64,000 nt of DNA, from contig CAZRMM010000004.1 in the NCBI GenBank assembly GCA_964601225.1, positions 12,972-76,971 on the forward strand, given 5' to 3'. The notes beneath the pieces are model-generated. The model did not search any database. It had not been told where the DNA came from and saw only the letters and a program-made list of their open reading frames with translations. Both the position numbers and the translations under genes were made by a program. The DNA is from an uncultured Candidatus Peribacteria bacterium (GTDB lineage: Bacteria > Patescibacteriota > Gracilibacteria > Peribacterales > Peribacteraceae). Positions 54,960 through 64,000 of the stretch are shown piece by piece; position 1 is the first letter of the stretch; each line of letters opens with the position of its first letter.

Positions 54960-56192
54960 ATGCCTTCGCGCGAAAGCCGCCACAGCGCCTCCTACGATGA
55001 AAACGGCGACATCATTCTCCCCGATATGGAGGAGAACAGCCCTTCGTTCATCGAGAGCGTCGAGCCCGTCGAACCGGTAACGCCACACAGTTTTCTTGAT
55101 GACGAGCTTTGGGAATCCGTCGAATATGCGTCCGTTTCTCGGGAATCCGCACCGGACGTCTTTCCCGAAATCCAGAGGAAAAGAAACAACGCCCGCCTCG
55201 CGCTTCTCACCGTCGCGAGCTCCGCGAAAGAAGTCCTCAAGGAAGGCCTTCATCAGTACAAGGTCAGCGTGGATGCCGCTCCCGTCCTCCTCAAGGAGGC
55301 CAGAGGCGGCTTCCTCGGAGCCCTCAAGCGCCTGTGGGCCGCTCTCAGCCAACCCGTGTGGGTGCGCTCGGGGAAGAAGCATGTTCGACAGTACAGCAGA
55401 GGGACATTGTTTCTCATCGACATCGTGCGGTTCGGAGGAACATTCGCCACCATTTTCGGCGTTTTGTTTCTCGCAATGAATTATCAGAGCTTCATTCAGA
55501 TCGCGAGCGCAAAACTTGATATCTTTCTGGAGCATCCGTCGCTCGACAACGCAACGAGCATCGCCGATAGCGCTTTGCTTGGCTCAACGACGGGCTTGAA
55601 CGTGGCTGCGCGAGACCGCGGCGAACTCTTCAGCTATCTGCCGACGGTCGGCCCGCCGGACAACCGCGTGATCATCCCGGCCCTGAAGCTCAACATACCG
55701 CTGGTAAACCCTTCGGTAGAAGCACTCTTGCGCCAGGATTGGTCACAGGTGGAGGCGGACATTCAATCTGCGCTTCAGCAAGGAGTGGTGCATTATCCGG
55801 GGACGGCTCGACCGGGTCAGGCAGGCAACTTTTTCGTTACGGGCCACAGTTCTTACTACCCGTGGGATCCCGGAAAGTATAAAACTGTTTTCGCGCGTCT
55901 TCACGAATTGAATATCGGCGACGAGTACTGGGTATACTTCAACGGCGACCGTCATCGCTATGTTGTCGACAAGAAGTACGAAATCCAACCGAGCGACACG
56001 TCCGTGCTCGACCAACCCGCCGACCAGCGCATTTCCACGCTCATGACCTGCACGCCCACGGGCACCACCTTACGACGTCTCATCGTCCGCGCCACCGAGG
56101 TCGATCCGATCACGGGCACGCCGCTCGCCGTCGGCGAACGCACCGACAAGGAAGTCGTGCCGAAGGTGCAGTTGGAAGCGCTCCCGATCTAA
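54960..56192 (+). CDS. sortase-family transpeptidase with a long N-terminal extension
   Basis: Acidic N-terminus plus a TM helix, then 'GNFFVTGHSSY' (catalytic His), 'ISTLMTCTP' (TLxTC) and 'RRLIVRA' (Arg). Confidence 0.8.
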   Translation: MPSRESRHSASYDENGDIILPDMEENSPSFIESVEPVEPVTPHSFLDDELWESVEYASVSRESAPDVFPEIQRKRNNARLALLTVASSAKEVLKEGLHQYKVSVDAAPVLLKEARGGFLGALKRLWAALSQPVWVRSGKKHVRQYSRGTLFLIDIVRFGGTFATIFGVLFLAMNYQSFIQIASAKLDIFLEHPSLDNATSIADSALLGSTTGLNVAARDRGELFSYLPTVGPPDNRVIIPALKLNIPLVNPSVEALLRQDWSQVEADIQSALQQGVVHYPGTARPGQAGNFFVTGHSSYYPWDPGKYKTVFARLHELNIGDEYWVYFNGDRHRYVVDKKYEIQPSDTSVLDQPADQRISTLMTCTPTGTTLRRLIVRATEVDPITGTPLAVGERTDKEVVPKVQLEALPI

Positions 56193-56324
56193 GATATCGC
56201 GGAAGAAAACCTTGTCCTTCGTCTACGCTCAGGACTTTCCTTCCGCGGACCATCCTTCCCTTCAAAGTGACTCTCAGCGGCGGGACCCGCGAGACCCACC
56301 GCTTCGAGTATTCTTCGATTTCGG

Positions 56325-56333
56325 TGCTATAGT
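56325..56333 (+). promoter_or_regulatory. putative extended -10 element (TGCTATAGT) for tRNA-Leu(UAA)
   Basis: A TGnTATAGT match ends 17 nt upstream of the tRNA 5' end. Confidence 0.35.
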
Positions 56334-56350
56334 TCATTCAAGATCTTTGT

Positions 56351-56436
56351 GCCGCTGTGGTGAAATGGTAGACACGAGGGACTTAAAATCCCTTGCCCTC
56401 ACGGGCGTCCTGGTTCGATTCCAGGCAGCGGCACCA
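56351..56436 (+). tRNA. tRNA-Leu (anticodon UAA), CCA encoded
   Basis: Acceptor GCCGCTG/CAGCGGC, anticodon arm AGGGA-CTTAAAA-TCCCT, long variable arm, T-arm CCTGGTTCGATTCCAGG. Confidence 0.9.
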
Positions 56437-56474
56437 TTCGGCTTCGTCATTTCCGCAGATACCGTTTGCCGTGC

Positions 56475-56885
56475 TTACAAACGCAGCCGATCCTGTATTT
56501 TCGTACGCAGTTCTGCCTGAACCCCGGTAGTACCTTCCTTTGCCTTCTCGGAAGTGGTGCCGCCGCTCTCATCAGCCTGTTTCAGGACATCCCGCACTCT
56601 GTTCTGAATCTGCTCTTCGACGCTCTGGCGTTTATCCATTGATTTGGTCAGGAACAAGAATCCCGGCGTAGCCCCAATAAGGGTACCGGCGATGACTCCC
56701 GGAGGCCCTCCAGCTACACCCGCAATTCCTCCCGTCAATCCGCCAAGCAACATGCCGAGTTTCGAAAGCAGCACTCGCTTTTTGGATACCGTTGCTTCTT
56801 CCACAAGCTGACTGAGTTTTCTCTGTGGCGCTTCGTCAGAGTCCTCCTCGCGTAAGACATCGCTCTGCAATTCTGGAGATTTCAT
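56475..56885 (-). CDS. hypothetical membrane protein with a glycine-zipper helix
   Basis: 'LGMLLGGLTGGIAGVAGGPPGVIAGTLIGATPGFLFL' flanked by charged segments. A TTACAT-N17-TAAAAT promoter-like pair lies at 56913..56941 on the minus strand. Confidence 0.45.
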   Translation of the reverse strand: MKSPELQSDVLREEDSDEAPQRKLSQLVEEATVSKKRVLLSKLGMLLGGLTGGIAGVAGGPPGVIAGTLIGATPGFLFLTKSMDKRQSVEEQIQNRVRDVLKQADESGGTTSEKAKEGTTGVQAELRTKIQDRLRL

Positions 56886-56964
56886 GTTCGTGTGAGCATG
56901 GAATACAAAGTATATTTTAGAACATTATTAATGAATATGTAATCCCCACGTTTGGAAGAATTTC

Positions 56965-58764
56965 TTAGTCCCCAAACGTAAACGCATACGCACCAGCTCC
57001 TTTTCCTTTCAGGCGCAGCACGACGTCGTGATCCCCGTAGTCGCCCTTGAAGAGCTCGTAGAGGTCGTGACGGTCCACCGTGAAGGTCTTCGTCTTCTTT
57101 CCGTCGACCGTCACCGTCGCTTGCGCGGGTGACGCGCCGTCCTCGAGGCCGAGCACGAGGTTCACTTCGCCGGCGACAGCATGGATACGGATATCGCCTT
57201 CGGCGGAACGGAGGACCTGGCGCTCGTCTTCCACGAGCTGCCAGCTGCCACCGAGGGCATAGCGGTTCACGGTGACGTCGGAGGGGAGGACGTAGCTGTG
57301 GACCTCGGTATCCGGATCGCCCTCGGCATTCTGGAACGCGGGCCAGCTGCGCGAATGCAGGTACGTCTCTGGCGTAATGGGACCGATGCGATCGACTTTC
57401 TTTTCTGCAGGCAGGGATGCGTTGCTGCCCTTCGCGCCGATCTCCGCGAGCAGGCTCGCGATGGCCTCGTCGGTCTCGTCGTAGCCGCCCTCGCCGAAGT
57501 GCTCGTAGCGAATGCGCCCTTCGGCATCGATCAGGTACTTCGCCGGCCAGTAGTGGTTGGCGAACGCGTCCCACGTGCCGAAATCGTTATCCTGCGCGAT
57601 CGGGTAGGTAAGGCCGTGCTCCTTGATGGCCATCGCCACGTTCTTCTCGCTCTTCTCGAACGTGAATTCGGGCGTGTGGATGCCGACGAGGACGAACGGC
57701 TGATCCTTGTACTTGTTCCAGTAGGCTTCGATGTACGGCAGCGTCCGGATGCAGTTGATGCAGCTGTAGGTCCAGAAGTCCACGAGCACAACTTTGCCCC
57801 GGAGTTGTTTCATGGTGAGCGGAGCCGAACCATGCCAGGTGCCGAGGCCGGTGAACTCGGGCGCGCGGGAGAGGACGGGGAGTTTCATGGAGTCGGAGGG
57901 GTTACGAGTGTCGGGTTGCGAGTTGCGGGAAGGAAAAAGGGCATTCTCAATGCGGTTACCGAGGGAGCCGTAGCTCGTGTGTTGGACGATCCAGGTCTGG
58001 AGACGCGTCAGATAGTCGTAGCGCAGACCGATCGCCATGAGGATGAGGATGACGCCGGCCACCTGTTTGATGACGCCGGTCCACGGCCCGATGGATCGCA
58101 CGGCGCCTACCGCTTTCTGTCCGCCGTACGCCACGATGAGCAGCGGCACCGCGCTGCCGAGTGCGTAGCAAAGCAGGTAGACCAGCGCTTTGGCACCGGG
58201 TTCGTCGCGCACGAGCGTGAGGGCGAGCCCGAGCGCCGGTCCCGCGCACGGCGCCCATACGAGGCCGAGCGTCGCGCCGATGACGAACGCCGAGACGAGC
58301 GAATTACGCCCGAGCGTGCCCGACACGGAAGACTGCACCTCGGAACCCACGGACTGGAGAGCGGTCGCAACGCGTCCGCCGAGCTCCATGGCGATCATTC
58401 CGACAATGGCGGCGACGGCGACCGCGATCCATCCGTTGTCCAAGAAGAAGAGCGCTCCGACGGCCGTACACGCGAGCTGAAAAGGACGCCGATGCATGCA
58501 GAAGCCGATGCCGAAGAGGAGAAGAACATAGAACGAGGCGATGCGAACCGTGTCCGCGAACTCTACAAAGCTTCCAAGTACGACCTGCAAAACGAACGTC
58601 GAGACGACGAAGCTCGCCACCATGCCGAGCGCGATCGCAACGGGACGGAGCGGATGGCGGTCCGCAACGCTCACGCCGACGACGATCGGCAAGAGGGGCA
58701 GGATACACGGGAGCAGGATCGTGAGCATCCCGGCGAGAAACAGCGTCAGAGCGAGGGTCGGCAT
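56965..58764 (-). CDS. DipZ-like fusion of a CcdA/DsbD-type membrane domain, a thioredoxin-like domain and a C-terminal beta domain
   Basis: The N-terminus has 6-8 TM helices with 'LLPCILPLLP'. This is followed by 'VLVDFWTYSCINCIRTLPY' (CxxC) and 'HYWPAKYLIDAEGRIRYEHFGEG'. Confidence 0.8.
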   Translation of the reverse strand: MPTLALTLFLAGMLTILLPCILPLLPIVVGVSVADRHPLRPVAIALGMVASFVVSTFVLQVVLGSFVEFADTVRIASFYVLLLFGIGFCMHRRPFQLACTAVGALFFLDNGWIAVAVAAIVGMIAMELGGRVATALQSVGSEVQSSVSGTLGRNSLVSAFVIGATLGLVWAPCAGPALGLALTLVRDEPGAKALVYLLCYALGSAVPLLIVAYGGQKAVGAVRSIGPWTGVIKQVAGVILILMAIGLRYDYLTRLQTWIVQHTSYGSLGNRIENALFPSRNSQPDTRNPSDSMKLPVLSRAPEFTGLGTWHGSAPLTMKQLRGKVVLVDFWTYSCINCIRTLPYIEAYWNKYKDQPFVLVGIHTPEFTFEKSEKNVAMAIKEHGLTYPIAQDNDFGTWDAFANHYWPAKYLIDAEGRIRYEHFGEGGYDETDEAIASLLAEIGAKGSNASLPAEKKVDRIGPITPETYLHSRSWPAFQNAEGDPDTEVHSYVLPSDVTVNRYALGGSWQLVEDERQVLRSAEGDIRIHAVAGEVNLVLGLEDGASPAQATVTVDGKKTKTFTVDRHDLYELFKGDYGDHDVVLRLKGKGAGAYAFTFGD

Positions 58765-58807
58765 ACGAAAAGTCTACGCCCGAACCTCAGACCTCTAAAC
58801 CTCTTCT

Positions 58808-59143
58808 TCAAAAAAGCTTTCCTCCGAGAGGCACTTCCTTACCGGGATGCAACAACACCGCGTTCCCGTCCGCATCCGGCATGCCGAGCGTAAGCACCTC
58901 GGAAACGTGCTTGCCGATTTGCTTCGGCGGGAAGTTCACGACCGCGATCACCAGCTTACCCACGAGCTCCGGTCCGTCGTAGAGCGGCTTCAATTTGGCG
59001 AGCGATTTCTTCGTGCCGAGCTCGGCGCCGAAATCGATCCGAAGGATATGCGTCGAATACTTGCCTTCGGGAAAGGGCTCAACGGTGAGCACGCGGCCGA
59101 CGCGGATGTCGACGTCCGAAAACTGCTGATGCGTGATGGTCAT
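58808..59143 (-). CDS. csaA: tRNA-binding (EMAP/CsaA-type) protein
   Basis: 'FSDVDIRVGRVLTVEPFPEGKYSTHILRIDFG' and 'VIAVVNFPPKQIGKHVSEVLTLG'. Confidence 0.8.
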   Translation of the reverse strand: MTITHQQFSDVDIRVGRVLTVEPFPEGKYSTHILRIDFGAELGTKKSLAKLKPLYDGPELVGKLVIAVVNFPPKQIGKHVSEVLTLGMPDADGNAVLLHPGKEVPLGGKLF

Positions 59144-59152
59144 GCGGACAGC

Positions 59153-60979
59153 TTAGCGCGTAACGAGCATCCCTTGAATGGCAACGAGGTGTTCCCTGGC
59201 ATTGGGATAATTCGGATTGATCGAAAGAACCTGCTCGAGCGCCGTCGCAGCGTCCTCGAGGCGGCCGTCCTCGGCCAGGATCCCCGCCAGGTGGTACCAC
59301 GCGTCGGCGTAGAGCGGTTCGAGCTTCACGGCCGTCGCGAACTGCTGCGCCGCATCGGCGTCCTTCCCGTACTTCTGAAGCTTTATTCCGAGATTGTAGT
59401 GCGGCTCGGCGGCGTCCGGCAGCTTCTCGACCGCCTGGTGGAACACGGCAAGCACGTCATCCTGGCTTTTCCCCGCGGCTTCGAGCGCTTCGCCGAGATA
59501 GTAGTACACGCCGAGCGTCTCCATGTTGAACACGCGCGCCTTCTCCGCCAATTCCACGGCCGTCCGCAATTCCTTAAGACTCTCTTCGGTCTTCCCGCCC
59601 TCCTGCAAAGCGAGACCGCGGTTTAAGTGCGCGGAGACGAAACCGGGATCGGCACGGAGAGCAGCATCGAATTGCGCCATGGCCTCGTCACGACGACCCT
59701 GTTTCATCAGCACGTCTCCGAGATTGTTGAGCGCCAAAGGAGAGTCCGGATACACGGAAACGACGCGTCGGTAGAGCGTCTCGCTGTTCGTCCATGTCGC
59801 CGCCTGCGAGACGGCGTCGGCGCCCAGACATGCCACCGCCGCGACGAGCGCGGCGCCGAGGATGACGCCTCCCGCGGGCGACCGGCGAGCGAGCGACGCG
59901 TCCAGGCGTGCGATCCCGTACGCCGCGAGACCGAAGAGCCCGAGCGCCGCGAGGTAGGCGTAGCGGTCGGAGGCGAAGAACAGCATGCCGTTCTTGAAGA
60001 AGTTCGTGGAGTTCGGAAGCAGAAAGAGGAAGAACAACGCCGCGGAAGCGGCGGACCTTTTCCAGCCGCGGACCCAGACGACGACGATCGCCGCGAGCGT
60101 CGCAAGCGTCGCCAGCAGCGGCACGGCGAACTCCGACGACGCCAACGTGACCGGCGTTCGCTGCAGGTAGATCACCGCGAGGCGCGTCGGCCAGAGGAGT
60201 TTCCGGAAGTAGAATGACGCGCTCTTGCCGGCGAAGAGCACCGTAGACAGCGGCCCCGTCGACTCGAGTACGGCGGATTTTCCGTAGAGCGCGATGGCCG
60301 CGAAGACCAGCGCGAGTACGGCGTACGGAACGTATTCGCGGACGCGTTCCCGTGTGAGGAGATGCCGGCCTGCGACAGCGTCATGGAGCAGAAATGCGCC
60401 GGGCAGCACGACGACGGAAACCTTCGCGAGGAGAGCGAGGAAGAAGAGGGCGACCGACCCGCGATACCATCCGCGCCGATCCGTCTCGCGGTACGTGAGG
60501 AAGCACGCCGCGGACGCGAGTGCCAGACAGGAGGAAAGCACGTCCTTGCGCGCGGCAGCCCACATGACCGCTTCGGTATTAAGCGGATGGACCGCGAAGA
60601 GCAACCCGACGATGAACGCCATGAGGCGGCTCTTGCTGAGCTTCCAACCGATCAGCGCGACGAGCGCGGCGCTCAGGGCGTGGAGCAGCACGTTGGTCAG
60701 ATGGAATCCGATCGGATTCAGCCCCCAGAGAAGGTCGTCGATCTGATAACTGAAGAACGTCAACGGGATATAGAGCTCGGGGTCGTAGTGAGTGACGATG
60801 TAGCGGAGCGATCGGCCGGACATCTCCTGCACGGCCGGGTTCTTCGTGATGAGGAGCGAATCGTCGAGGGAGACGAAATCGTGGCGCAATGCTGCCGGAA
60901 CGTACAAAACCGCAGCCATAAGCGCCGGAAGCAGAACCAGGCCTACCAGCGGGACGCGGGAGAGGAGACGCTCGAGCAT
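59153..60979 (-). CDS. TMTC-like GT-C membrane glycosyltransferase with C-terminal TPR repeats
   Basis: 'HDFVSLDDSLLITKNPAV' (the F-x-DD-x-I-x-N motif of TMTC/PMT_2-like proteins), about 11 TM helices, then 6 or more TPR repeats. It is a paralog of the truncated gene at 1..1104. Confidence 0.7.
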   Translation of the reverse strand: MLERLLSRVPLVGLVLLPALMAAVLYVPAALRHDFVSLDDSLLITKNPAVQEMSGRSLRYIVTHYDPELYIPLTFFSYQIDDLLWGLNPIGFHLTNVLLHALSAALVALIGWKLSKSRLMAFIVGLLFAVHPLNTEAVMWAAARKDVLSSCLALASAACFLTYRETDRRGWYRGSVALFFLALLAKVSVVVLPGAFLLHDAVAGRHLLTRERVREYVPYAVLALVFAAIALYGKSAVLESTGPLSTVLFAGKSASFYFRKLLWPTRLAVIYLQRTPVTLASSEFAVPLLATLATLAAIVVVWVRGWKRSAASAALFFLFLLPNSTNFFKNGMLFFASDRYAYLAALGLFGLAAYGIARLDASLARRSPAGGVILGAALVAAVACLGADAVSQAATWTNSETLYRRVVSVYPDSPLALNNLGDVLMKQGRRDEAMAQFDAALRADPGFVSAHLNRGLALQEGGKTEESLKELRTAVELAEKARVFNMETLGVYYYLGEALEAAGKSQDDVLAVFHQAVEKLPDAAEPHYNLGIKLQKYGKDADAAQQFATAVKLEPLYADAWYHLAGILAEDGRLEDAATALEQVLSINPNYPNAREHLVAIQGMLVTR

Positions 60980-61015
60980 GGTGCAGAGGGTATCACGCGG
61001 ACTTGGCTAGGGTCT

Positions 61016-61043
61016 TTGCAAATTATGACTTTTATGTTATAAT
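61016..61043 (+). promoter_or_regulatory. sigma-70-type promoter (TTGCAA-N16-TGtTATAAT)
   Basis: -35 TTGCAA at 61016..61021. Extended -10 TGTTATAAT at 61035..61043. The GTG start of the EamA gene is only 11 nt downstream. Confidence 0.5.
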
Positions 61044-61054
61044 ATTCACGAGCT

Positions 61055-62056
61055 GTGATCCACATCAATACACAACGCTGGCCGTATCTTGAATGGCGCC
61101 GGGAAGAGATTTCCGGGACTTCCATCGGGTGGACAGCACTCGGGGTCAGCGTCATCGCGGGCGGTACCACGAACGCTTTCGCCAAAGTGCTGGGAACGTG
61201 GCTCTCGCCAATTTCGCTCCTCTTTTTGAGCGAAGCACTCATGTGCGCGTTCGTACTGTTCTCCTTCGGCCTGATGCCGACATTGCGAAAACTCATTCGT
61301 CTGCCCAAAGCCTGGTTCGCACCGATGATTTTGGTCGGACTGCTTAACAGCACGCTTGCCCCCATGCTTCTGTTCCAAGGACTTCAACGAAGCACCGCCA
61401 TCAACGTCTCTCTGTTCTCGAATTCGGAAATGGTGTTTTTGATCCTTCTGGCGATCACGATTCTGGGTGAACGCTTTACACGAACGCATCTTCTTTCCGT
61501 CTGCGCGATGATCGGCGGAATGTTGACGATCGCGCTACGCGGCTTCACGGACGGAATCGAGCTGCAAGCGGGCGACCTCATCATCATTCTTTCGGGATTC
61601 ACGTACGCATGCGGAAGCATGGTGTATCGGAAGTTTCTGCATCACTGCGAGCCTCAACTTCTGCTCTTCATGCGGTCAATGACCGCCATTCTCTGCTTCC
61701 TGTTCTTGTCCCTGTTCCTGGAACACTCACTCGTCACTGAGGTCGGCTCGTTCCCGATGAAAGGCGTCACCGTCCTCCTCGGCTTCGGATTTCTTTCGCG
61801 TTTTCTCAACGTCTTCGGTTTCTATGAAGCGCTCGAGCGACTTCCGGTGACGACCGTTTCCCTCGTGAGCAACGGCACGATGATCTTTTCGATCATTTTC
61901 TCGCATTGGTTTCTCGGCGAGACGATCTACGGCTATCACTACATCGGCGGCGCTCTGATCATTCTTGGCGCTCTCCTGCTCGAATTCGCGGGAACGCATC
62001 CAAGTGAAGCGCATCTCGAAGCGCACCTGCAGCAACGTTCCGGTCACCGTGCATAA
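61055..62056 (+). CDS. DMT/EamA-family transporter
   Basis: 10-TM profile with two EamA-like halves. The start is GTG and may be leaderless. Confidence 0.7.
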   Translation: MIHINTQRWPYLEWRREEISGTSIGWTALGVSVIAGGTTNAFAKVLGTWLSPISLLFLSEALMCAFVLFSFGLMPTLRKLIRLPKAWFAPMILVGLLNSTLAPMLLFQGLQRSTAINVSLFSNSEMVFLILLAITILGERFTRTHLLSVCAMIGGMLTIALRGFTDGIELQAGDLIIILSGFTYACGSMVYRKFLHHCEPQLLLFMRSMTAILCFLFLSLFLEHSLVTEVGSFPMKGVTVLLGFGFLSRFLNVFGFYEALERLPVTTVSLVSNGTMIFSIIFSHWFLGETIYGYHYIGGALIILGALLLEFAGTHPSEAHLEAHLQQRSGHRA

Positions 62057-62916
62057 ACCTGCAACGCCAGACTCAACATTTTTGCGACCTCCGCTCGATT
62101 CACCGAATTGGTCGGACCGAAGTACCCCGTGGAATTGCCTGAAGCATCCGTATAGCCGCTCACGATGCCGTCCTTGACGGCCGCGGCGATGGCGGGCGCG
62201 AACAGCGTCGATGCGTTTACGTCCTTGAACGGTGCCGCGAGATCCTCTCCGATCGACCTGCCGAAGGCCTGTAGAAGAGACACCACGACCTCGGCGCGCG
62301 TGGCCGGCCGACGAAGATCACCCGTACCGTCGGCATACACGGCGAATCCGTTGGCTTCCGCGCAGGAAACATACGGCGCTGACCACGCGCCGCGAACGGC
62401 TTCGTTCTTCGGCGTGGGCGGGCAACCTGTAAGATCGATTTTTGCGGCCTGAACTACCATTTTGGAAAGCTCCTCCAAAGTCACGTTTCGCTCGGGCCCG
62501 AAAACTCCAAGCGGGTTTCCGGCGGCATCGCGGTATCCCGAGACGATTCCCTTCTCCGCCACGTCGCGGACGTAGGGCGCGAACCATTGACTCGTCGGAA
62601 CGTCCTTCAAAACGTAGGGAACGTCATTGATCCGGAAAATCACAAAACCCTTTTGTTGGGTGACATCGCCCGTACGCTCTTGCGGGATCACCGTCCCGTC
62701 ATCGGGAAAAAGCTCGGAGGAAGCCTCTGTTTTCCGGTCGTTTTCCTCACCCTCAATCGCAGCGGCGTCGGACTCGATAAAGGTGTTCAGTTTACTGGCC
62801 TCATCCCGCAACAGAGTGGCTGCGGCGGTCGCAGAGACTGGCAAACTGAACAGAAACAGGATGGCAATGGAACGAGCCTTTCGCATAAACCGAGAGTAGC
62901 GCGGCCGGAGAGCCAA
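62044..62916 (-). CDS. SLH-domain surface protein
   Basis: Signal peptide, then 'DVPTSQWFAPYVRDVAEKGIVSGYRDAAGNPLGVFGPERNVTLEELSKMV' and 'FKDVNASTLFAPAIAAAVKDGIVSGYTD..GYFGPTNSVNRAEVAKML'. Confidence 0.75.
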   Translation of the reverse strand: MALRPRYSRFMRKARSIAILFLFSLPVSATAAATLLRDEASKLNTFIESDAAAIEGEENDRKTEASSELFPDDGTVIPQERTGDVTQQKGFVIFRINDVPYVLKDVPTSQWFAPYVRDVAEKGIVSGYRDAAGNPLGVFGPERNVTLEELSKMVVQAAKIDLTGCPPTPKNEAVRGAWSAPYVSCAEANGFAVYADGTGDLRRPATRAEVVVSLLQAFGRSIGEDLAAPFKDVNASTLFAPAIAAAVKDGIVSGYTDASGNSTGYFGPTNSVNRAEVAKMLSLALQVYAR

Positions 62917-62938
62917 TACACTTCACGAAATCGGCACT

Positions 62939-63585
62939 TTATCGTTTCGTCGCGATGGCTTCGACAAAGGCTGACTTGTAACGATGGTAAACGGACGACG
63001 AACGACGCAGTCGAACGATATCGAAGTTCCGGAGTATGTCCCGCAAGTATTCCTTTCGGAAAAAGTGACGCACGTGCTCATGCTCATAGACGTCTTCCTC
63101 GATTTTCCTCCCTTTTCCGTACAGAGCGTCATCGACCGATTTACACTTCACGAAGAGCACTCCGCCTTCTGCAAGAATGCGACGGACCTCCTCGAAGACT
63201 TCGGGTGTTTTCTTTGCGGTGAAATAATGCAGCGAAGATGAGCGTAAACCGCATCGAAGGAATGATCGGGAAAAGGCAGCCGTTTGCCGATGTCACCTTC
63301 GACCGTTTGAAGATTTGCAAGAGAACGTCTCCTGCCTTCACGCTGAATCCAATCGAGCGCGTTCGGGGAAAAATCAAACGCGACGACTTCATGACCCGCT
63401 TCCGCGAAGAACAGTGCGTCTTTCCCCGTGCCGCATCCAAGATCAAGAATCCTTTTCGTTGATCCACGAAGAAAAACCAGTGCGCGCCTTGCAAACGAAT
63501 TCACTTTGCCAAAACCGCGTTGCCAGGTGCGATTCCAGTGCTCGCTTTCTTTCGAGGGCATGGCTGCATGGTAGCAGGGAGGCAA
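62939..63585 (-). pseudogene. class I SAM-dependent methyltransferase interrupted by a 1-nt frameshift
   Basis: Frame A (63148..63585) has '[28 protein letters not shown]' up to '...DAVYAHL'. The expected continuation '[33 protein letters not shown]...' is read in the adjacent frame, which joins ORF 62939..63160. The frame switch is near 63234..63237. Confidence 0.65.
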
Positions 63586-63638
63586 TTTTCCGACGCCGAC
63601 TTGCCACCGGGCAAACCCCTCCGTACACTCCGCCGGAA

Positions 63639-64000
63639 ATGACAGAGATCCGCGGCAGCGGCCCCCAGGGTCCCAAGCAGGGACGGGGGGACGATTTTTC
63701 TCAAATAAAGACGATTCTTCTCCTTGGCTCAGGCGCCCTGAAGATCGGAGAGGCCGGGGAATTTGATTATTCCGGAAGCCAAGCCATCAAGGCGTTTAAA
63801 GAGGAAGGGAAGCGCGTGATTCTCATCAATCCGAACATCGCGACGAATCAGACGAGCTGGGGACTCGCCGACGGAGTGTATTTCGAGCCCGTGACGCCCG
63901 ACTTCGTGGAGCGCGTGATGGAAAAAGAGAAGCCGGATGCGATTGCCCTCAGTTTCGGAGGACAGACGGCGCTCAACTGCGGCGTGTCGCTCTATGATCA
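63639..64000 (+). CDS. carB: carbamoyl-phosphate synthase large subunit, 3'-truncated by the window edge
   Basis: My own translation from the ATG at 63639: '...[50 protein letters not shown]...[15 protein letters not shown]'. Confidence 0.85.
   Translation, partial: MTEIRGSGPQGPKQGRGDDFSQIKTILLLGSGALKIGEAGEFDYSGSQAIKAFKEEGKRVILINPNIATNQTSWGLADGVYFEPVTPDFVERVMEKEKPDAIALSFGGQTALNCGVSLYD

Overview
The window is a GC-rich, very compact stretch of bacterial chromosome. Hand-counted 60-nt lines in housekeeping genes give 39-40 G+C of 60. There are about 70 protein genes and 5 tRNA genes, all with encoded CCA. I found no rRNA, CRISPR array, transposase or integrase.

Recognisable housekeeping content:
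- Central metabolism and nucleotide synthesis: pyk, a pentose-phosphate trio (gnd, tal, tkt), folD, purF-purD, tmk, and the carB 5' end.
- Translation and RNA: rsmH plus an ftsL-like gene, tsaD, prfA, mnmA, rnhB.
- Other: a CIRCE-controlled groES-groEL, lgt, msrB, and a riboflavin-kinase-only gene.

A large share of the window encodes envelope or surface proteins:
- four SLH-domain proteins, one fused to a beta-propeller;
- a multi-PKD protein;
- a sortase;
- LemA/TPM;
- an O-antigen-ligase-like protein with a TPR tail;
- two TMTC-like GT-C+TPR proteins;
- a DipZ-like CcdA-thioredoxin fusion;
- several lipoproteins.

The gene set (DUF5671-like protein, a Mur ligase lacking domain 1, a PPP-only sugar module, many 1-4 nt stop/start overlaps) fits a reduced-genome uncultured lineage such as CPR/Patescibacteria. 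That is a low-confidence inference.

I did not find a clearly novel multi-gene system. The observations most worth a second look are:
1. tRNA-Leu(CAG) is bracketed by orphan copies of its own 5' end (25 nt) and 3' end (20 nt).
2. Next to it is a sharply AT-richer single-gene island carrying a plant-type glutamate-cysteine ligase, followed by two unknown genes.
3. The first 9 codons of mnmA are duplicated upstream, differing only by synonymous changes, and form a uORF coupled to mnmA.
4. A translationally coupled surface-protein operon ends in a 28-codon micro-ORF.
5. A His/Glu-rich protein has an unusual N-terminus.
6. A SAM-methyltransferase gene is frameshifted.

All calls come from reading the translations and sequence. 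No database searches were run.
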